Positions 12,384-24,202 of a stretch of 64,000 nucleotides of DNA are shown piece after piece. Under the pieces are notes generated by a model. The model was given only the letters and a program-made list of their open reading frames with translations, had not been told where the DNA came from and did not search any database. The stretch's first letter is position 1; each line of letters opens with the position of its first letter. The DNA is from Emiliania huxleyi CCMP1516. Lineage: Eukaryota. The stretch is taken from NCBI RefSeq assembly GCF_000372725.1, contig NW_005201412.1, positions 62,001-126,000 on the forward strand, read 5' to 3'. Made by a program: the position numbers and the translations under genes.

Positions 12384-12689
12384 CTGCGGACCGCCCTCCT
12401 CGTCCGGCAGATCGGTTTCATAGCCGGACGAGTCGGCGGAGGCGGCCCGCTTGGCGGGCGGAGAGTCGGGCGACGGAGAGCGCGACTGGCGCGAGGGCCC
12501 GCTGCCGCGCGCCGACAGCGCATATACACCTGTCCATCCAGGCAACGACCGTGTTTCTTGTTTTCCGGACTGCCTCCGCTCGACTGCAAGGGTGCCGCAG
12601 GTACGACTCCGCTGTTCACACCGAGCAGCTGTGGAAGCGGCTGGGATCACTAACTACTGTCTGCCGACGGCCTGAAGCTACAACCACCA

Positions 12690-14021
12690 ATGTGGATGGC
12701 GGTGCAGTGCGTCACAACAAGTACAAGTACCGCCGACGACTCGTGTGCCTCCGCTGATACCTCCTCCTCCAGCGCCTCTGCAAGTGACATCGGCAGCCTC
12801 GTAAATTTGGAGGCCTTCCCGATCGAGGACGTGTCCCGCCCCTTTCTGGCTGCGGCGCGGACAGCGCTCTTCGAAACGGGCGTCGCTTCGTTCCCAGACT
12901 TCCTCCGCCCCGCCGCGGTGGCTGCAGCCGCTGGCGAAGCGACGCTGGCCTCGCCGACCGCGTTCGTCACCGACAGCGAACACAACGCGTGGCAGACAGA
13001 GCGAAACACATCATTGCCGGCGGACCACCTGGCCAACCTCTTTATGCGAACGCGGGTGGCGAGCGTCGCCACCGACGAGATTGGCCCGACACTGAAGAGA
13101 CTCTACGAGGTTATATCTCACCCTCTCCTGGCGCCGCGATGGCCTGCGGGTCCTCACTCCCTCCTGTGTGCAGGCTCCCGAGCTGCTCGCCTTCCTCTCT
13201 GCCCTGCTGCAGCGGTGAGCGGCGGCGAGAGCCACGCGAGGCTGCGGCCCTCCTCGCACCCCCTGCTCGCTCCCTACAGGCCTCTCTTCCGGCTCGATGG
13301 TGACGCAAAAGCAGAGGACGACGGCGCCGAGCGCGGTGTGTGCTGGCACTCATGTCTGCGGCAATGTCCGTAGACCCAATCGGCGCGTGCACGATCAATG
13401 TCTTTCGCGAGGGGTGAGTGGGTAGGGAATAGAGAGAAGGGGGACAGGCCGCATGCCTGACTCCCTCCCGGACCCATCCCCAACCCTCACGCCTCTGCAC
13501 AACGCGGCAGCCAGCGTGCCCACCGCTGCACGCCGCGAGCAGGTGGCACCACGCCTGGCACTTCGACGAGGCGGAGTTCACAGTCACGCTCTCGCTCCAG
13601 GCCGCCGACGAGGGCCGAGCCGCCTGCACGCACCACCGGCGTGACATCCGGCTCGCCACACATGCGCCACCTCCTTCGCGGTGTAGGCGGCCACTTTGTC
13701 TTCACCCCGCCCCTCCGCACCTCCGCCGACGACCCCGCAAATGCGGCGGTCGCCTCGGTGCTGCGCGCGCAGACGGAGCACGCATTCTCCCTCCCCGGCG
13801 ACGGCACGGGCGAGAGTGGCGGCGCGGCGGTGCCCGTGCGGACGGCGCCGTTTGCGCCGGGGACGCTGCAGGTGTTTGCTGGCCGCGACTCGTTCCACGC
13901 CGTCACTCCGACGCGGGGCCCTCGCGAGCGGCTGGTTGCCGTGCTGTGCTTCGCGAGCCGGCCAGGAGTGCGCAACTCGCCGGCAGTGCAGCAAATGTTC
14001 TGGGGCAGGACGTCCTCGTGA
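12690..14021 (+). CDS. 2OG-Fe(II) oxygenase superfamily protein (ArpA/BesD-HalD-like fold), spliced
   Basis: INVFREG / WHHAWHFDEAEFTVTLSLQAADEG, HFVFTPPLR, PGTLQVFAGRDSFHAVTPTRGPRERLVAVLCF, giving HxD...H plus the 2OG-binding R. Confidence 0.75.
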
Positions 14022-14850
14022 CCAGCCCCGACGAGAGTGACGCTGACGGGACCAACTGGAGTCGGTGGGCACTGAGCTGTCAACCGCGGGAGCTGTGTCC
14101 TGTGACGTGACACACATCTTAGGGACGCATCGCGACGTTTAAAACCTTCTCAACGTCTCACACCTCAAGGCATATGCCTCACACAAGGCTCAAGCACAAG
14201 AGATGCATCCCCATTTCCACGATCGGATATGAGCCATCATGGATTCACACACGCATCCCCGCGCGTTGCCGTTGGCCGTTGGCGTAGGTTGCGCACATAT
14301 ATGAGATGCGTATGTACCCCCCGTCCCCCCGACGTCAGAAGCTTCACAAGGGGCCGACAAGCGGTGACCAAAAGAGGTGGAACCTGGAGATGAAGCGGAA
14401 TGACTCTAACTCCTGAGAGAGATGTTAGAGGTGGCTGGTGGGTTAAGAGGGAGATTCGCGCGAGCTGACAGCTGTGGGACCGCCGGGACGGCGGGCGGGT
14501 AATTGCGACTCGCCGCCACTTTTGGCGACTTTTTTGCGTTTTGGGACGCGCGATCGACCGGCCGAGAATCACGTAGAATCGACATATGGCAGGCGAGGGC
14601 GTCACGCTCACGGCGATGATCGAGGCTGCCGACGCTGGCGACGACCCGCTGCGCGCTGGCGGACCGCCGCGAGGACCGGGAGGAGCGGAGGACGGAGGCG
14701 GTGGCGGAGCGGGAGAGGAGTGTTAAGGAGGCGAACGAAGGAGGAAGGTGGCCGCGAAGGGGCTCAACTCGCAGACACGGTGAACGCGATGGAGGTGGTG
14801 CGGGCGCAGCAGGCCGCGAAAGAGCAGGGAGCCTTCGACGAGCCGGCATA

Positions 14851-15782
14851 TCTCACGAATACTTGATTTTGCAGGGCTGTCGGATTTTTCCGCGCCTCGA
14901 AATTCGTAACAATCGCCTCGCCGCTCCACAATGCCTTTCTCCGTTGCCTCCAGCCGCGCGGCGCCATCGTCCTCGATCCAGTGCCGGCCTGTGACAAGCT
15001 TGGCAGCTCGCGGATCGACGATCGCCACGAGCTGCTGCCCGGCGACCGCCGCTCGCCTTCGACGACAGTCCTAACAATCGGCGGTGAGCGGCACCTCCTT
15101 GGCCCAGCACCGATGTTGTCACGTCTCAGCTGCTTCATTGCCATGTCCAGTTATGGCGGAGACGCGCTGATAGCATTCCTGTGCACGCAGTTGGACCTGC
15201 ACGGCCATCGGGTGCGTGGCGCAAAAAGACCTGTTTGCGCTGTCTTCGATATCAGCGGCTACATGCGCTGCTGCGCGTACCTGTGACGCACACATGTTGA
15301 TCACATCCATATACCTCACTAACACACAGCTGGCGAGCCTTGCATCCCTTGTCTGGCCATGCTGTGCATCATCTCACCGTATGCAGCCGTATACGCCCAC
15401 GGTGCTCACAGGGTCGGGCGTCACGGTGCTCGTGGCAAGCATCTCCGTCACTCTTGTGACTTGTGGGCTTGGTGGTGTTGCCTCCGGTGCTACTGCTGGC
15501 TAGGGTGCCAATGGCGCGACGGGAGGCGGCCATTGGCGCCACTACAGCAACGATTGTTAGGCCGTGGAAAAATCCGGAATTCGTGCCCCGAACCGGCCGA
15601 CACGTGGCCGCATATATGTGTATATACCACGTCCGTATGGGCTGGACAAGCCAAACCACGCTCATCACAGCTTGCCACAGTGTGGCCCCTGGCAGTGGTG
15701 AGACATTCTTGGTGTACCAGCTCACAGGAGGGCCGCTTGAACACGATTGTTAAACGGCGTGAAAAATCAAGTATTTGTGAGA
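14851..15782. mobile_element. Possible TIR element (TA-flanked), non-coding
   Basis: tctcacgaatacttgatttt is inverted at 15763-15782 with 1 mismatch. A second inverted pair cggatttttcc lies at 14881 and ~15566. TA on both sides. Confidence 0.4.
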
Positions 15783-16525
15783 TATCTAATTACTAAAATT
15801 TTCATAAACATATAATATGGACATTGCAAACACCGTATTTTATAATATATCCGTTTACCCTCTCACTCTCATGGAGTAGGTAGGCTGTACTAGGAAAAGA
15901 GGCACGTGACCTGCGCTTACCCCACTGCCGCGAGCACGAACGATCCACCGCGCCATGCCGCACACCCGCCCGTGTGAGCGTCCAGCGCCCCGCGGGACAG
16001 CATACAGACAGACGCGCGCGGCATCGCGCCAAACGGCACAAAGTACATTTGCGCTGACCGACGCCAGAGCTGCAGCAGCTCCAAACGGCGGGCCAATAAT
16101 GACGCGCCTATCCTCCCGCCCCTGCCCTACCCCAAGAGCCCTCCCCAGCGGCCGAGGAGCGACGAGGCGCAACCGCGAGGTAGCGCCCCCTCGCCTCGCC
16201 TGTTGTCCAGCCTCTCGGCGCTCTCTATGCCGTGAGCCGTCCCGACCGCCCCCCCCCCCCTTCTCACCCCTGCCGCCCGGCGCCATGGAGCCCGGCGCCA
16301 TGGAGCTTATACAGCGGGCGGCGCCGCACGCCTGCGGCGGCGTTCACCGGGGGAGAGCCCCCGCGCCCTTGCCAGAGGCGCGAAGACTCCGCCCGCCCGT
16401 CTCCGTCCTGCCGCCGCCGCCCGGCCCGCCGCCGCCGCCCGGCCCTTCCCTGGCGCGGAACGGGCCGGGGGGGGAGGGGCGGGCGCGAGCCGGCGAGCAC
16501 CGCGGCGCCGCTCAGGCGAAGATGC

Positions 16526-17958
16526 TCAGGCGAAGATGTTTGTGTGGTCGATGTCGCCGTTCTCATACGGCGCCGCCTAGAGCGACCCAGGCGCGAGATG
16601 TGAGCGCCGCCCCGTCGTTTGGGCGCCGCTCTCCACCCGCGAGGGCCTGGCACACGAGCCGCGGCCGGCACATGAGCGCGCGCAGCTTGCGCTCGAGCAG
16701 CAGCCGCGAGAGGTACACGTCCGCCGGCCCGTCCACCGGCAGCAGCGTGAGGAGCTTGCGCGCGGCGGCGGGCCAGAGAATGTACGAGGAGGTCTGGTAG
16801 ACGTACTCGCACTCGCGCAGCCCTGAGGGAGGGACGGGAAGGGGGGAGGGAGGCACGCTCAGCCCGCCGCGCCGGGCCGGGGCCCTCTCTTCGCCCGCTG
16901 CCGGCTGCGCGGCGAGGGTAAAGGGCGGGCAGGGGGCGGGGGGGCGCGCGCCGTAGCCGAGCTGCAGCGCGTCCTCCTCCTTGCGCCACGCCATCACGTC
17001 GCCGCCGAGGTAGAGGAGGACGGTCCGCTCCTCGGCCGGGACGGCGGCCTCCACGCGCGCGATCAGCTTGCGCGTGCGCGCCACAAAGTTCGGGCTGAGC
17101 ACCGCGTCGTCCTCGAGGATGAGCATCGGCGTGTCGTCGCCCGACGAGGCGCAGGCGTGCCACAGGATCGCGTGCGACATCGAGCAGCCGCGCTCGCCTG
17201 ACGGTCCGAGGGAGGGCGATGGGAGGGCGGAGCGGGTTGGCGCGCCCCGGGCTCCCCCTCGGCGACCGCCCTCCACCGTCGCGGGGTGGCCGTGCCGGGG
17301 TGTGTGTCTGGCGAGAGCCGCACCGTTCGACATTGTCAGCGTGGCGGGCAGCGTGCGCGTGTCGTACTTGCAGTTGAGAGACGAGTTCCACGTGGTGGAG
17401 ACGATGCGCGGGTCCGCCTGACGGGGGAGCGGCACGCGCCGCGCGGGTGAGGCGGCGCCACGCGAGGCGCCTCTTCCGCAACACGGGGGCGGCTGCTGCG
17501 CCTGCTCGACGGTGGCCGCCTCGAGCCGCCAGGCGTGGAGCCCCTCGCGCGCCATCTGGGCCTCGACGGACTCGCGGCGATCCACTCGGCTCGCGAGGTT
17601 GATGTAGACGCAGACAAAGGGCGGCCGCTCCTGCGGCGCCGCGGGGGAGAGCGGCGGTCGGCGGCGGCGGGCTTGGCGGGAGAGGGCGCGGGTGGTGGTG
17701 GTGGTGGCGCGGGGAGGGGGGGGTGGGGGGGCGCGGTAAGGGAGGGGGGGGGGTCGATGAGGCGGAGGGGGCTCGCGCCTGCGGCTCGACCTTTGCGAGC
17801 TGGTAGCTGTTGTGCAGCATGATGGGCACCGTCTCCTGCGGACGGCGCAAGGGCGGTCGGAGCAGCGAGAGAGGCGAGGCAAGGATGGAAGAGCTCCGGA
17901 GCCAAGAGGGGGGGGGGAGGGGGGAAGCAAGGAGCAGTGTGCGGGGCGCTGCAGGGGC

Positions 17959-18003
<45 letters not shown>

Positions 18004-18766
18004 TGGGCGTGGGCGTGGGCGACGGCGGCAGCCGCGGGGAGGCCGGCGAAGGCGGCGGTGGCAGTTTGCGGCGGGGGCGGCGGCGGCGGCGGCCGGTAGT
18101 ACTAATCCGGCGAGTGTTTGGGTTGTGAAGGCAGGAGAGCTCCCGGGGGGGCAGAGTCGCAAGGCGGCGCGTGTGCGGGGGCGCGGGGGCGCGGCTCTCG
18201 CGGTCGCGAAGGACGGGGGCCAGAGGAGCGGGTCGCGGTCACGGTGGGTCGCGCGCGCGCAGCGGCGGGTGCGGCCGCAAACCCTTCTGTGGGAGAGGAG
18301 GGGTTGGGGAGGAGGCGGCGCGCGCGCGGAGGGCGGAGCGCGCCTTGCGAAGCGCGATGTTGCTCAACGCATGCACACGCGACGGCTTGACCGAAGGGCG
18401 GCAGGGCGACTGGTTGCGGAGCCGCTTGGCGAGCCGCGCCGCGGCAGCTGCGGCGGTGGGGTATGCCTCCTCGCGCATGCGCTGCTGCTGCTGCGTGGTG
18501 ACAAAGTGCTTGACGCACTCGCGCTGAATGCGCGCCGTCTGCTGCGGGTCCTTGGGCTGCTGCCACGCCTGAAGTTCCGAGCCCAGCAGCTTGAGCTCTC
18601 GCTTCACCGACTTTGCGACGCGGTCGACCATCGCGGCGCGGCGCTTGTTGGCGTCGATGCGGGTGGAGCGGCGCGAGGAGGTGCCGACTGCGCCACGCGA
18701 CTTGGCGTTTGTGTCGGGCTCGGTGGCAGCGGACAGCTGCGACGAGAGCGCTACCGTCTCCGACAT
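16526..18766 (-). CDS. Glycosyltransferase family 25-like protein (spliced; 5' exons uncertain)
   Basis: VYINLASRVDRRESV, GERGCSMSHAILW, MLILEDDAVL, LLYLGG, QTSSYILWPAAARKLL, PADVYL. Joining the upstream exon (MSETVAL...) is inferred. Confidence 0.78.
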
Positions 18767-19496
18767 GTATGTGGGGGCAGTTGCACCTGCTGGGGTGCAC
18801 CTTTCTTCGCGCTCTGCAAAATAAGGAATACAAACTCCGTTGTTTCTGTACAGCTTCGCGAAGCTCTGGGACATGTGAGGCCGCCCCCTAGTCTTGCGAG
18901 GGGTGGCTGCTAACCTCGAGTGGGTAGGAGGTGCTCTGCGAACTGCCTCGCGCGAGGGGCGTGTGGCATCTCTCGCGAGTCTTGGAATAGTCTTCCCTGA
19001 CCCCGCCCCCGCCGGCCCGCCTGCCCTGCCCGCCTGGCCGACAAGATCTCTTCACCTTCTCATTGGTGGAGTATAGGTGCGAGAGGGGTGGGGCATCTCT
19101 TGCGGGTCTCGCCAGGGGCGCCTACTAACCTCGCTTGCGAGGGGCGTGTGGGCTGTCTGTGGCATGTCTGAACGGACTCGTGAGGGGCGCCTGCCTACCT
19201 CGCTTCGTCGAAGCGGCGCTTCGTACCCACACCCACCCCGCCGCATTCGTCGCCGGCGCGCGACACGTTCCCGTCGGCCGGACTGTCCTCGCCTAGTGCG
19301 TGCCGCTGAGGCGGGACGCAACTCAGGGACAGTGCCGTCGGCCGGATGTGAGGTTACCGACTGCACTCCAAGTGCTCCAAGTGCAAAGCCGCGTGTTTTC
19401 TGTACAGCTTCGCCAAGCTCTGGGACATAGTCCAGGCGGCGGTTGCAGGTTGCTGCACCTTCTTCGCGCTCTACAGGTGTATTTGCTTACAGTAGG

Positions 19497-19550
19497 AGCC
19501 GTCCCGAGCCGTCCCGAGCCGTCATGAGCCGTCCCGAGCCGTCCCGAGCT
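19497..19550 (+). repeat. 10-bp tandem repeat (gagccgtccc) x5
   Basis: Directly visible. Confidence 0.85.
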
Positions 19551-19698
19551 GTCTGTCTGTCCCAACGGCCTAGATACTAAAATTCGACCGGCGGGGGCGC
19601 GGCGCTTGGGCCAGCTTCCTGCAGGCGCGGATCAAGCGCCATGGGAGTATGGTCCTGGGGACAAGGCTTACGTCGGGCAGCGGCAGATCATCACATAG

Positions 19699-19967
19699 GT
19701 CTCGCCCTCGTCGTCAAGGACCTAGGCGCGCTGGCCGCCTTCTCGGGCGCCATCGTCGGGTCGGCCCTGATATACGTCTTCCCGGCCGCGATGTTCCTCC
19801 AGAGTGCCCGCCGCCGGCGCGCTAGGGAGTTTGTGGTGGAGGCGGGCACTGGCGCAGGCGCGCTGCCGCGCATCAAGCGGAGAGAGGTTGCCGCCAACTG
19901 GATGCTCGGCGGCCTCGGCGTGGTGCTCGCCGTCGTCGGGGGCGCCGTCGCCGCCAAGGGCTGGTGA
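19699..19967 (+). pseudogene. Orphan 3' exon of an amino-acid transporter (Aa_trans-like)
   Basis: LALVVKDLGALAAFSGAIVGSALIYVFPAAMF...LGGLGVVLAVVGG matches the last TM helices of this family. No upstream exons are recognisable. Confidence 0.6.
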
Positions 19968-21048
19968 GCGTGGCTCTGGCCGATTAGCGATTACGCTGCC
20001 GCCGTACACTTCTCCATGTCCATGTGTGGCGAGCGCCGCAACACACGGCAGCGAGCCAAGCTGCAGAACATGTGCGAACCAGCGCCTACGACGCTCAAGG
20101 AGTCAGGCGCCGCGGAGCGCTCCCCGAAGAAAATTTTGAGGGTTGTGGAGGGCTTGCGATTTCTATTAAGAGTTTGACTCACACGCGGAACCACTCGGCC
20201 CACCCACTGGCGCAATCTCAAGTGTAGCGGCGCTCCGCGCCTACGGGGTGTGGACCCTGAGTTGACCAGGGGTTGTGAGCTGGGCCCTCCTGCTCGGCTT
20301 TAGCCAGTAGACAAGTCTTGTCATCAACAGAGTAGAAGGATCTGACCTCGGGGCCGATGTGACCAAGCGCTGGTAGCGTGGTTTAACCTCACACCCATGG
20401 TCTCACAGTGTGCCGGCAGTCGCCGAGCAGTGTCGCTCACACACAAGCCGCAGCACAAGTGACTAAGGGCCAGTGAGGGCGAGCCCATCGCTGTGACAGC
20501 TGTGGCAGCCGCACAGTAGGCTGTGTCAACTGTGCAGAGTGTGTGAGCAGCAGAGGAGCTGCTCTCCAGGCTTCTGTCGCAAAGAGCTGCATGCCACCCC
20601 GAAAGCGCTGTCGAGGTTCGCCGAGCGCGGCGAAATCGGGGGACGCCGCCACCGACGAGCGCGTTGGACTTTTCACTCCGGACAAAGACGGGTACACGCA
20701 CACAAGCCGCGGTCGTGTACCCGTCTTAGTGGCGAGGCGCGGGACCGTCTGTGGCGAGGTGGGTCGCGTCCCCCGATTTCCTCAACTCACGGTCCGCTCC
20801 CTCTACCCACACGCCACAGCGGCGCGCTCCGCGCGTGCTTTCCAGCGGCGCGCTCCGCGCGTGCTCTGCGGCAGTGACTACACTGCATGTCTGCATCTTC
20901 TGCAGCTCCAGCAGGTATCTCAGCAGTGTGAGTTCATCGCCAGTTATCTGCGCCTCCGTTCGTCGCTCTCGTGCTTGATCGTCAGGCGCAGATAACTCTC
21001 GGCCCAAATAAAAGAATCCGCCGTCGACACAAGCACCCCCCCCCAACT

Positions 21049-22326
21049 TCACCGCGCTGAGCTGTAGACGAGCAGGAATCTGGGCAGTGCCGCGGCCTCA
21101 TTGTACACGACCAGCTCGTCATAGTTTAGGTTTGCTCCCACCTCGCCGACGATCGAGTCGTACCCGTCCGGTGGCCTATGAGAAGAAATCTGGCCGTGAA
21201 GACACCAGGGAAACTGTGAATGGGTGGGCGCCCCGTGGCCTCGTCACATCGAGCTCGGCCTCGTGCGTGCAGTAGGCGCGGCCCGCGGCGACCGTCGCTA
21301 CAAACATCGTGCGCCAGCGGCGGCTGCCGCGGAGGCGCTCGCTGTGCGTCGCGTAGTCATTCGACTTTCCCGACGTGGACGAAAAGTACAGACCCGGCCC
21401 GTAGCGCAGCGCGGCGCGGTTCGACGCGTTGGGCCCACTGCCCGCGTGCGCGCGCAAGAAGCCTGCGTGAACAAGCTTAGCACATGAATACAGCTGAATA
21501 CGCGCTGAACACGTGTCTCCTTGAGTGCTAGTTGGAAGACAGGGACCTGCATCCCGTATCTAGGGCACGAGATGCCGTGGCCGAGGATGGAGCAGAGCGC
21601 GCAGCCGCGGCTGTTGCACGGCGCGCGGTTCAGGTCGACCGCAAAGTCGCAGGTGGCTCCCGTGCCGTGGAAGCGCCGCCGCTCGTTGCCCACGGCGGCC
21701 AGGTGCCTCGCAAAACGCTCGCTGAGGGCGGGCGGCGGGCGGATGGCGTACACGCGCTCGACGCGAGGTACGGTGCCGGGCTTGCGCCAGGCGATGGTGA
21801 ACTGCTCGATCACGCTCGAGCGCTCCGGCGACGCCCGAGTCAAGAGGTCGCAGGCGTACTCGCCCGTGGAGCCGACAAAGACCCTCTCAACGCCGGGCGC
21901 CGCGGGCGCGAGCAGGCCGCGCCTCTCCGCTCGCTGCTTGTGGTCGTCGGTGCAGAAGCCATGGTGCAGGCGCCCGCGGTTGCAGCCTGGAAGGCCGCAC
22001 CTCTGCGGCGGTGGAGTAGTGGCAACGCCGCATGCTGCTGCGGTGAAGGGCGCCTCGCGGTCGGCCTCACACGCAGCACACCGGCCGGACTCGGCCTTAT
22101 TGACGAGCGTGCAGCGCACGCAGTGCCAGTGGCCCGGAGGCAGCAGAGCGTCAGGCTGCTCATTTTCTGCTTCGGCGAGCGACGCCGCAATCGCCCAGTC
22201 GACATGCTGCTCCTCCTCGCGCGCGTCTACTTTGGCGGCTACAGCTCCGGCGCCCACGTCGCCTCGAGCTTGCTGCTGCCGCGGCCCCCATCCGTGCGCG
22301 CCCGAGCGCGGCACGGGCTGCCCCAC
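21049..22326 (-). CDS. UIM + RanBP2-type zinc finger + PARP-like ADP-ribosyltransferase (spliced; start not found)
   Basis: EEEQHVDWAIAASLAE (UIM), WHCVRCTLVNKAESGRCAAC (RanBP2 ZnF), RFHGT, YGPGLYFSSTSGKSNDY, YDSIVG..LNYDELVVYNEAAALPRFLLVY. Confidence 0.8.
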
Positions 22327-22992
22327 CTGGCTCCTCAACGGCGTCACGGTGAAAGTGGTCAAGTACCAGAGTCTGAAGCAGCGATATGTCGTGACATTCC
22401 CGGGAGGCGATCATTTATCTTGGGATAGCTTCACATGCGCGAAGATGAAAGAGGGAATAGTCGTTGGATGCCTGCTCAAGGTGAGTGCTATGGCGAGCGA
22501 TGACGAAGGGTTCGCTCAAGGTGAGTGCTATGGCGAGCGATGACGAAGGGTTCGCGCTCAGCGTGACGAGCAAACTCAGGGAGTTCATGGCGCTCGGATA
22601 CCCTGCACACGTGCTCAACGGGGTGATCGGGCGCGCGTTTGCTCAGACAAAGGATGAACGGCTCCTACGAGCAAGACAGTGTTCGCAGTGGTGAGGAGGT
22701 TTCTTGCAAAACCCTTACCCAGACGAACCAAAAAATCCAAAAAGACAGACAAATGTATTGACTATTGTGTCGGGCTACCGTCCAAAGGCGGGTGTAGTCG
22801 ACCAAGGGACCACGAATCTGGTCTGTCGACAGCACGAATTTGGGATGGGACACCTTCGGGACCCGGCTGCGTGCTACTTGGATAGCACGCTTTCGGAGTA
22901 CCGACGGCTAAGGCCGAGGCAGAAAAGGTTTCTGTTTTTTCTCCGCTCTTCTTCACAGGATTTTCCTGTGAAGAGAGACGTAGAGAAACAGA
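22327..22992 (+). mobile_element. 5'-truncated Penelope-like retroelement remnant (RT thumb C-terminus + structured 3' region)
   Basis: WDSFTCAKMKEGIVVGCLLKVSAMASDDEGFALSVTSKLREFMALGYPAHVL resembles the PLE post-RT S..P...K.G...S...F...L...GYP domain. Frameshifted by a 40-bp tandem duplication (22474-22513/22514-22553). Downstream hairpins at 22869-22890 and ~22950-22975. Confidence 0.62.
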
Positions 22993-23071
22993 TCTTTCAA
23001 ACTCGGTGTCGAACCACCAGCCCGACGCTCACTACAAGTTACCTTACCTTACATTTTCATACATACCTGAT

Positions 23072-24202
23072 CTACACTGAAAAGGTGGCCGCCCCTCGGG
23101 CGATGGCCCTCCCCGGATGGGGGAAGGGACCGGTTCTCCGTTTAACACCCGGAGCCACCGTTACCCGGGCACGTGTGCCGGTCCCCTGGCACAAACGCCG
23201 AATCACTGCATCGCATAATTCGGGCACAGGCTCCGGCTTCGCCGGCTTCAGATCCTCGTCGTCCGGGTCCTTTTTGGTTGCGATGACCACCTTGCCCGCG
23301 ATTGTGCGCAGCAGCTCGGCAGATTGCGGAGGCGGCTCGAGCTGGTCGCTTGAGTGCCCTCTGCTTTCTCCCATTGCCTGAGTTGCAACGCCTTGGTCAT
23401 CGACCCACTCGAGCTCGCTGCACTCGAAGCATGCCGTAACGCACACCCCCGGACGGATCCCTTTAAACGAGCCACTCGGCGTCAGACTGTACACCGCCTG
23501 CTCCTCCCCGCGGGCCTGTGCGGCAAACCTCACACAGGGCATATGGAACTGCACGAATCGGGTGTAGCCGTCTGTGCAACCTCCGATGGTGGCGAGGAGT
23601 GCCTCGAGCTTCTGCCCCCCACCTGGGGTTCTGGCAAGATTGACCTGGGCGTTCGTCATTCCGAGTTTAAACTCGCATGCGAGGCCCCACCACCCGTCAG
23701 GCATCCCGTTTGTGGTCGGGTCGCCCGTCCACCTAAACGGCCACCCGACTTGCTTGACATCCCAGCGGTGCGCCGTGCCACTGGACGGCGTGACGTCCAG
23801 GTCGGCCGTCTTTTGACCGCTCACCAGCCGGTGGCGAACCTTGACTCCGGGGTCTGACCCAGTCGACCGCAGGATAGTCTCGAGCGCTCCGACTTGGTAC
23901 GGTCCACCTGGGACGTGGTGTCCGCCAACGAGCAGCTCGCTGATCTCTGTCGCGTCCTTGGCGGCTGAAAAGGTGAGGCGGTCGTACTCGATGCGAGGGG
24001 CTGGGTCGGTCGGTCGCCAGTGGCGCAGTAGTTGGGCCGACACCGGGAGGACCTTCTCGCAGCCCTCGTAGATGCGGGTGAGGATGGTGTCGTGGATGGG
24101 CAAGGTGTAGCAGTTGATGAAGTCGGGCGGGACGGAGGCAGACATCGGCGAGTGAAAGAGGAGGAGGCGGCAGACCCGAAAGGAGGATGCTGGGTTCGAC
24201 AT
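23072..24202 (-). CDS. Intronless hypothetical protein with possible PD-(D/E)xK nuclease motif
   Basis: Long ORF with protein-like composition. Contains LE...KTADLDV......WDVK. Confidence 0.55.
   Translation of the reverse strand: MSNPASSFRVCRLLLFHSPMSASVPPDFINCYTLPIHDTILTRIYEGCEKVLPVSAQLLRHWRPTDPAPRIEYDRLTFSAAKDATEISELLVGGHHVPGGPYQVGALETILRSTGSDPGVKVRHRLVSGQKTADLDVTPSSGTAHRWDVKQVGWPFRWTGDPTTNGMPDGWWGLACEFKLGMTNAQVNLARTPGGGQKLEALLATIGGCTDGYTRFVQFHMPCVRFAAQARGEEQAVYSLTPSGSFKGIRPGVCVTACFECSELEWVDDQGVATQAMGESRGHSSDQLEPPPQSAELLRTIAGKVVIATKKDPDDEDLKPAKPEPVPELCDAVIRRLCQGTGTRARVTVAPGVKRRTGPFPHPGRAIARGAATFSV

Noticed and set aside
17960..18020. (GGC)n run read as poly-Arg/Ala/Gly proteins
   Set aside because: A simple trinucleotide repeat. 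If coding, it is poly-Pro/Ala in the minus-strand gene.
22840..22920. Possible HDV-like or hammerhead ribozyme (ggctaagg motif, hairpins)
   Set aside because: I could not build the P1/P3/L3 pseudoknot or find a CUGANGA/GAAA core by eye.
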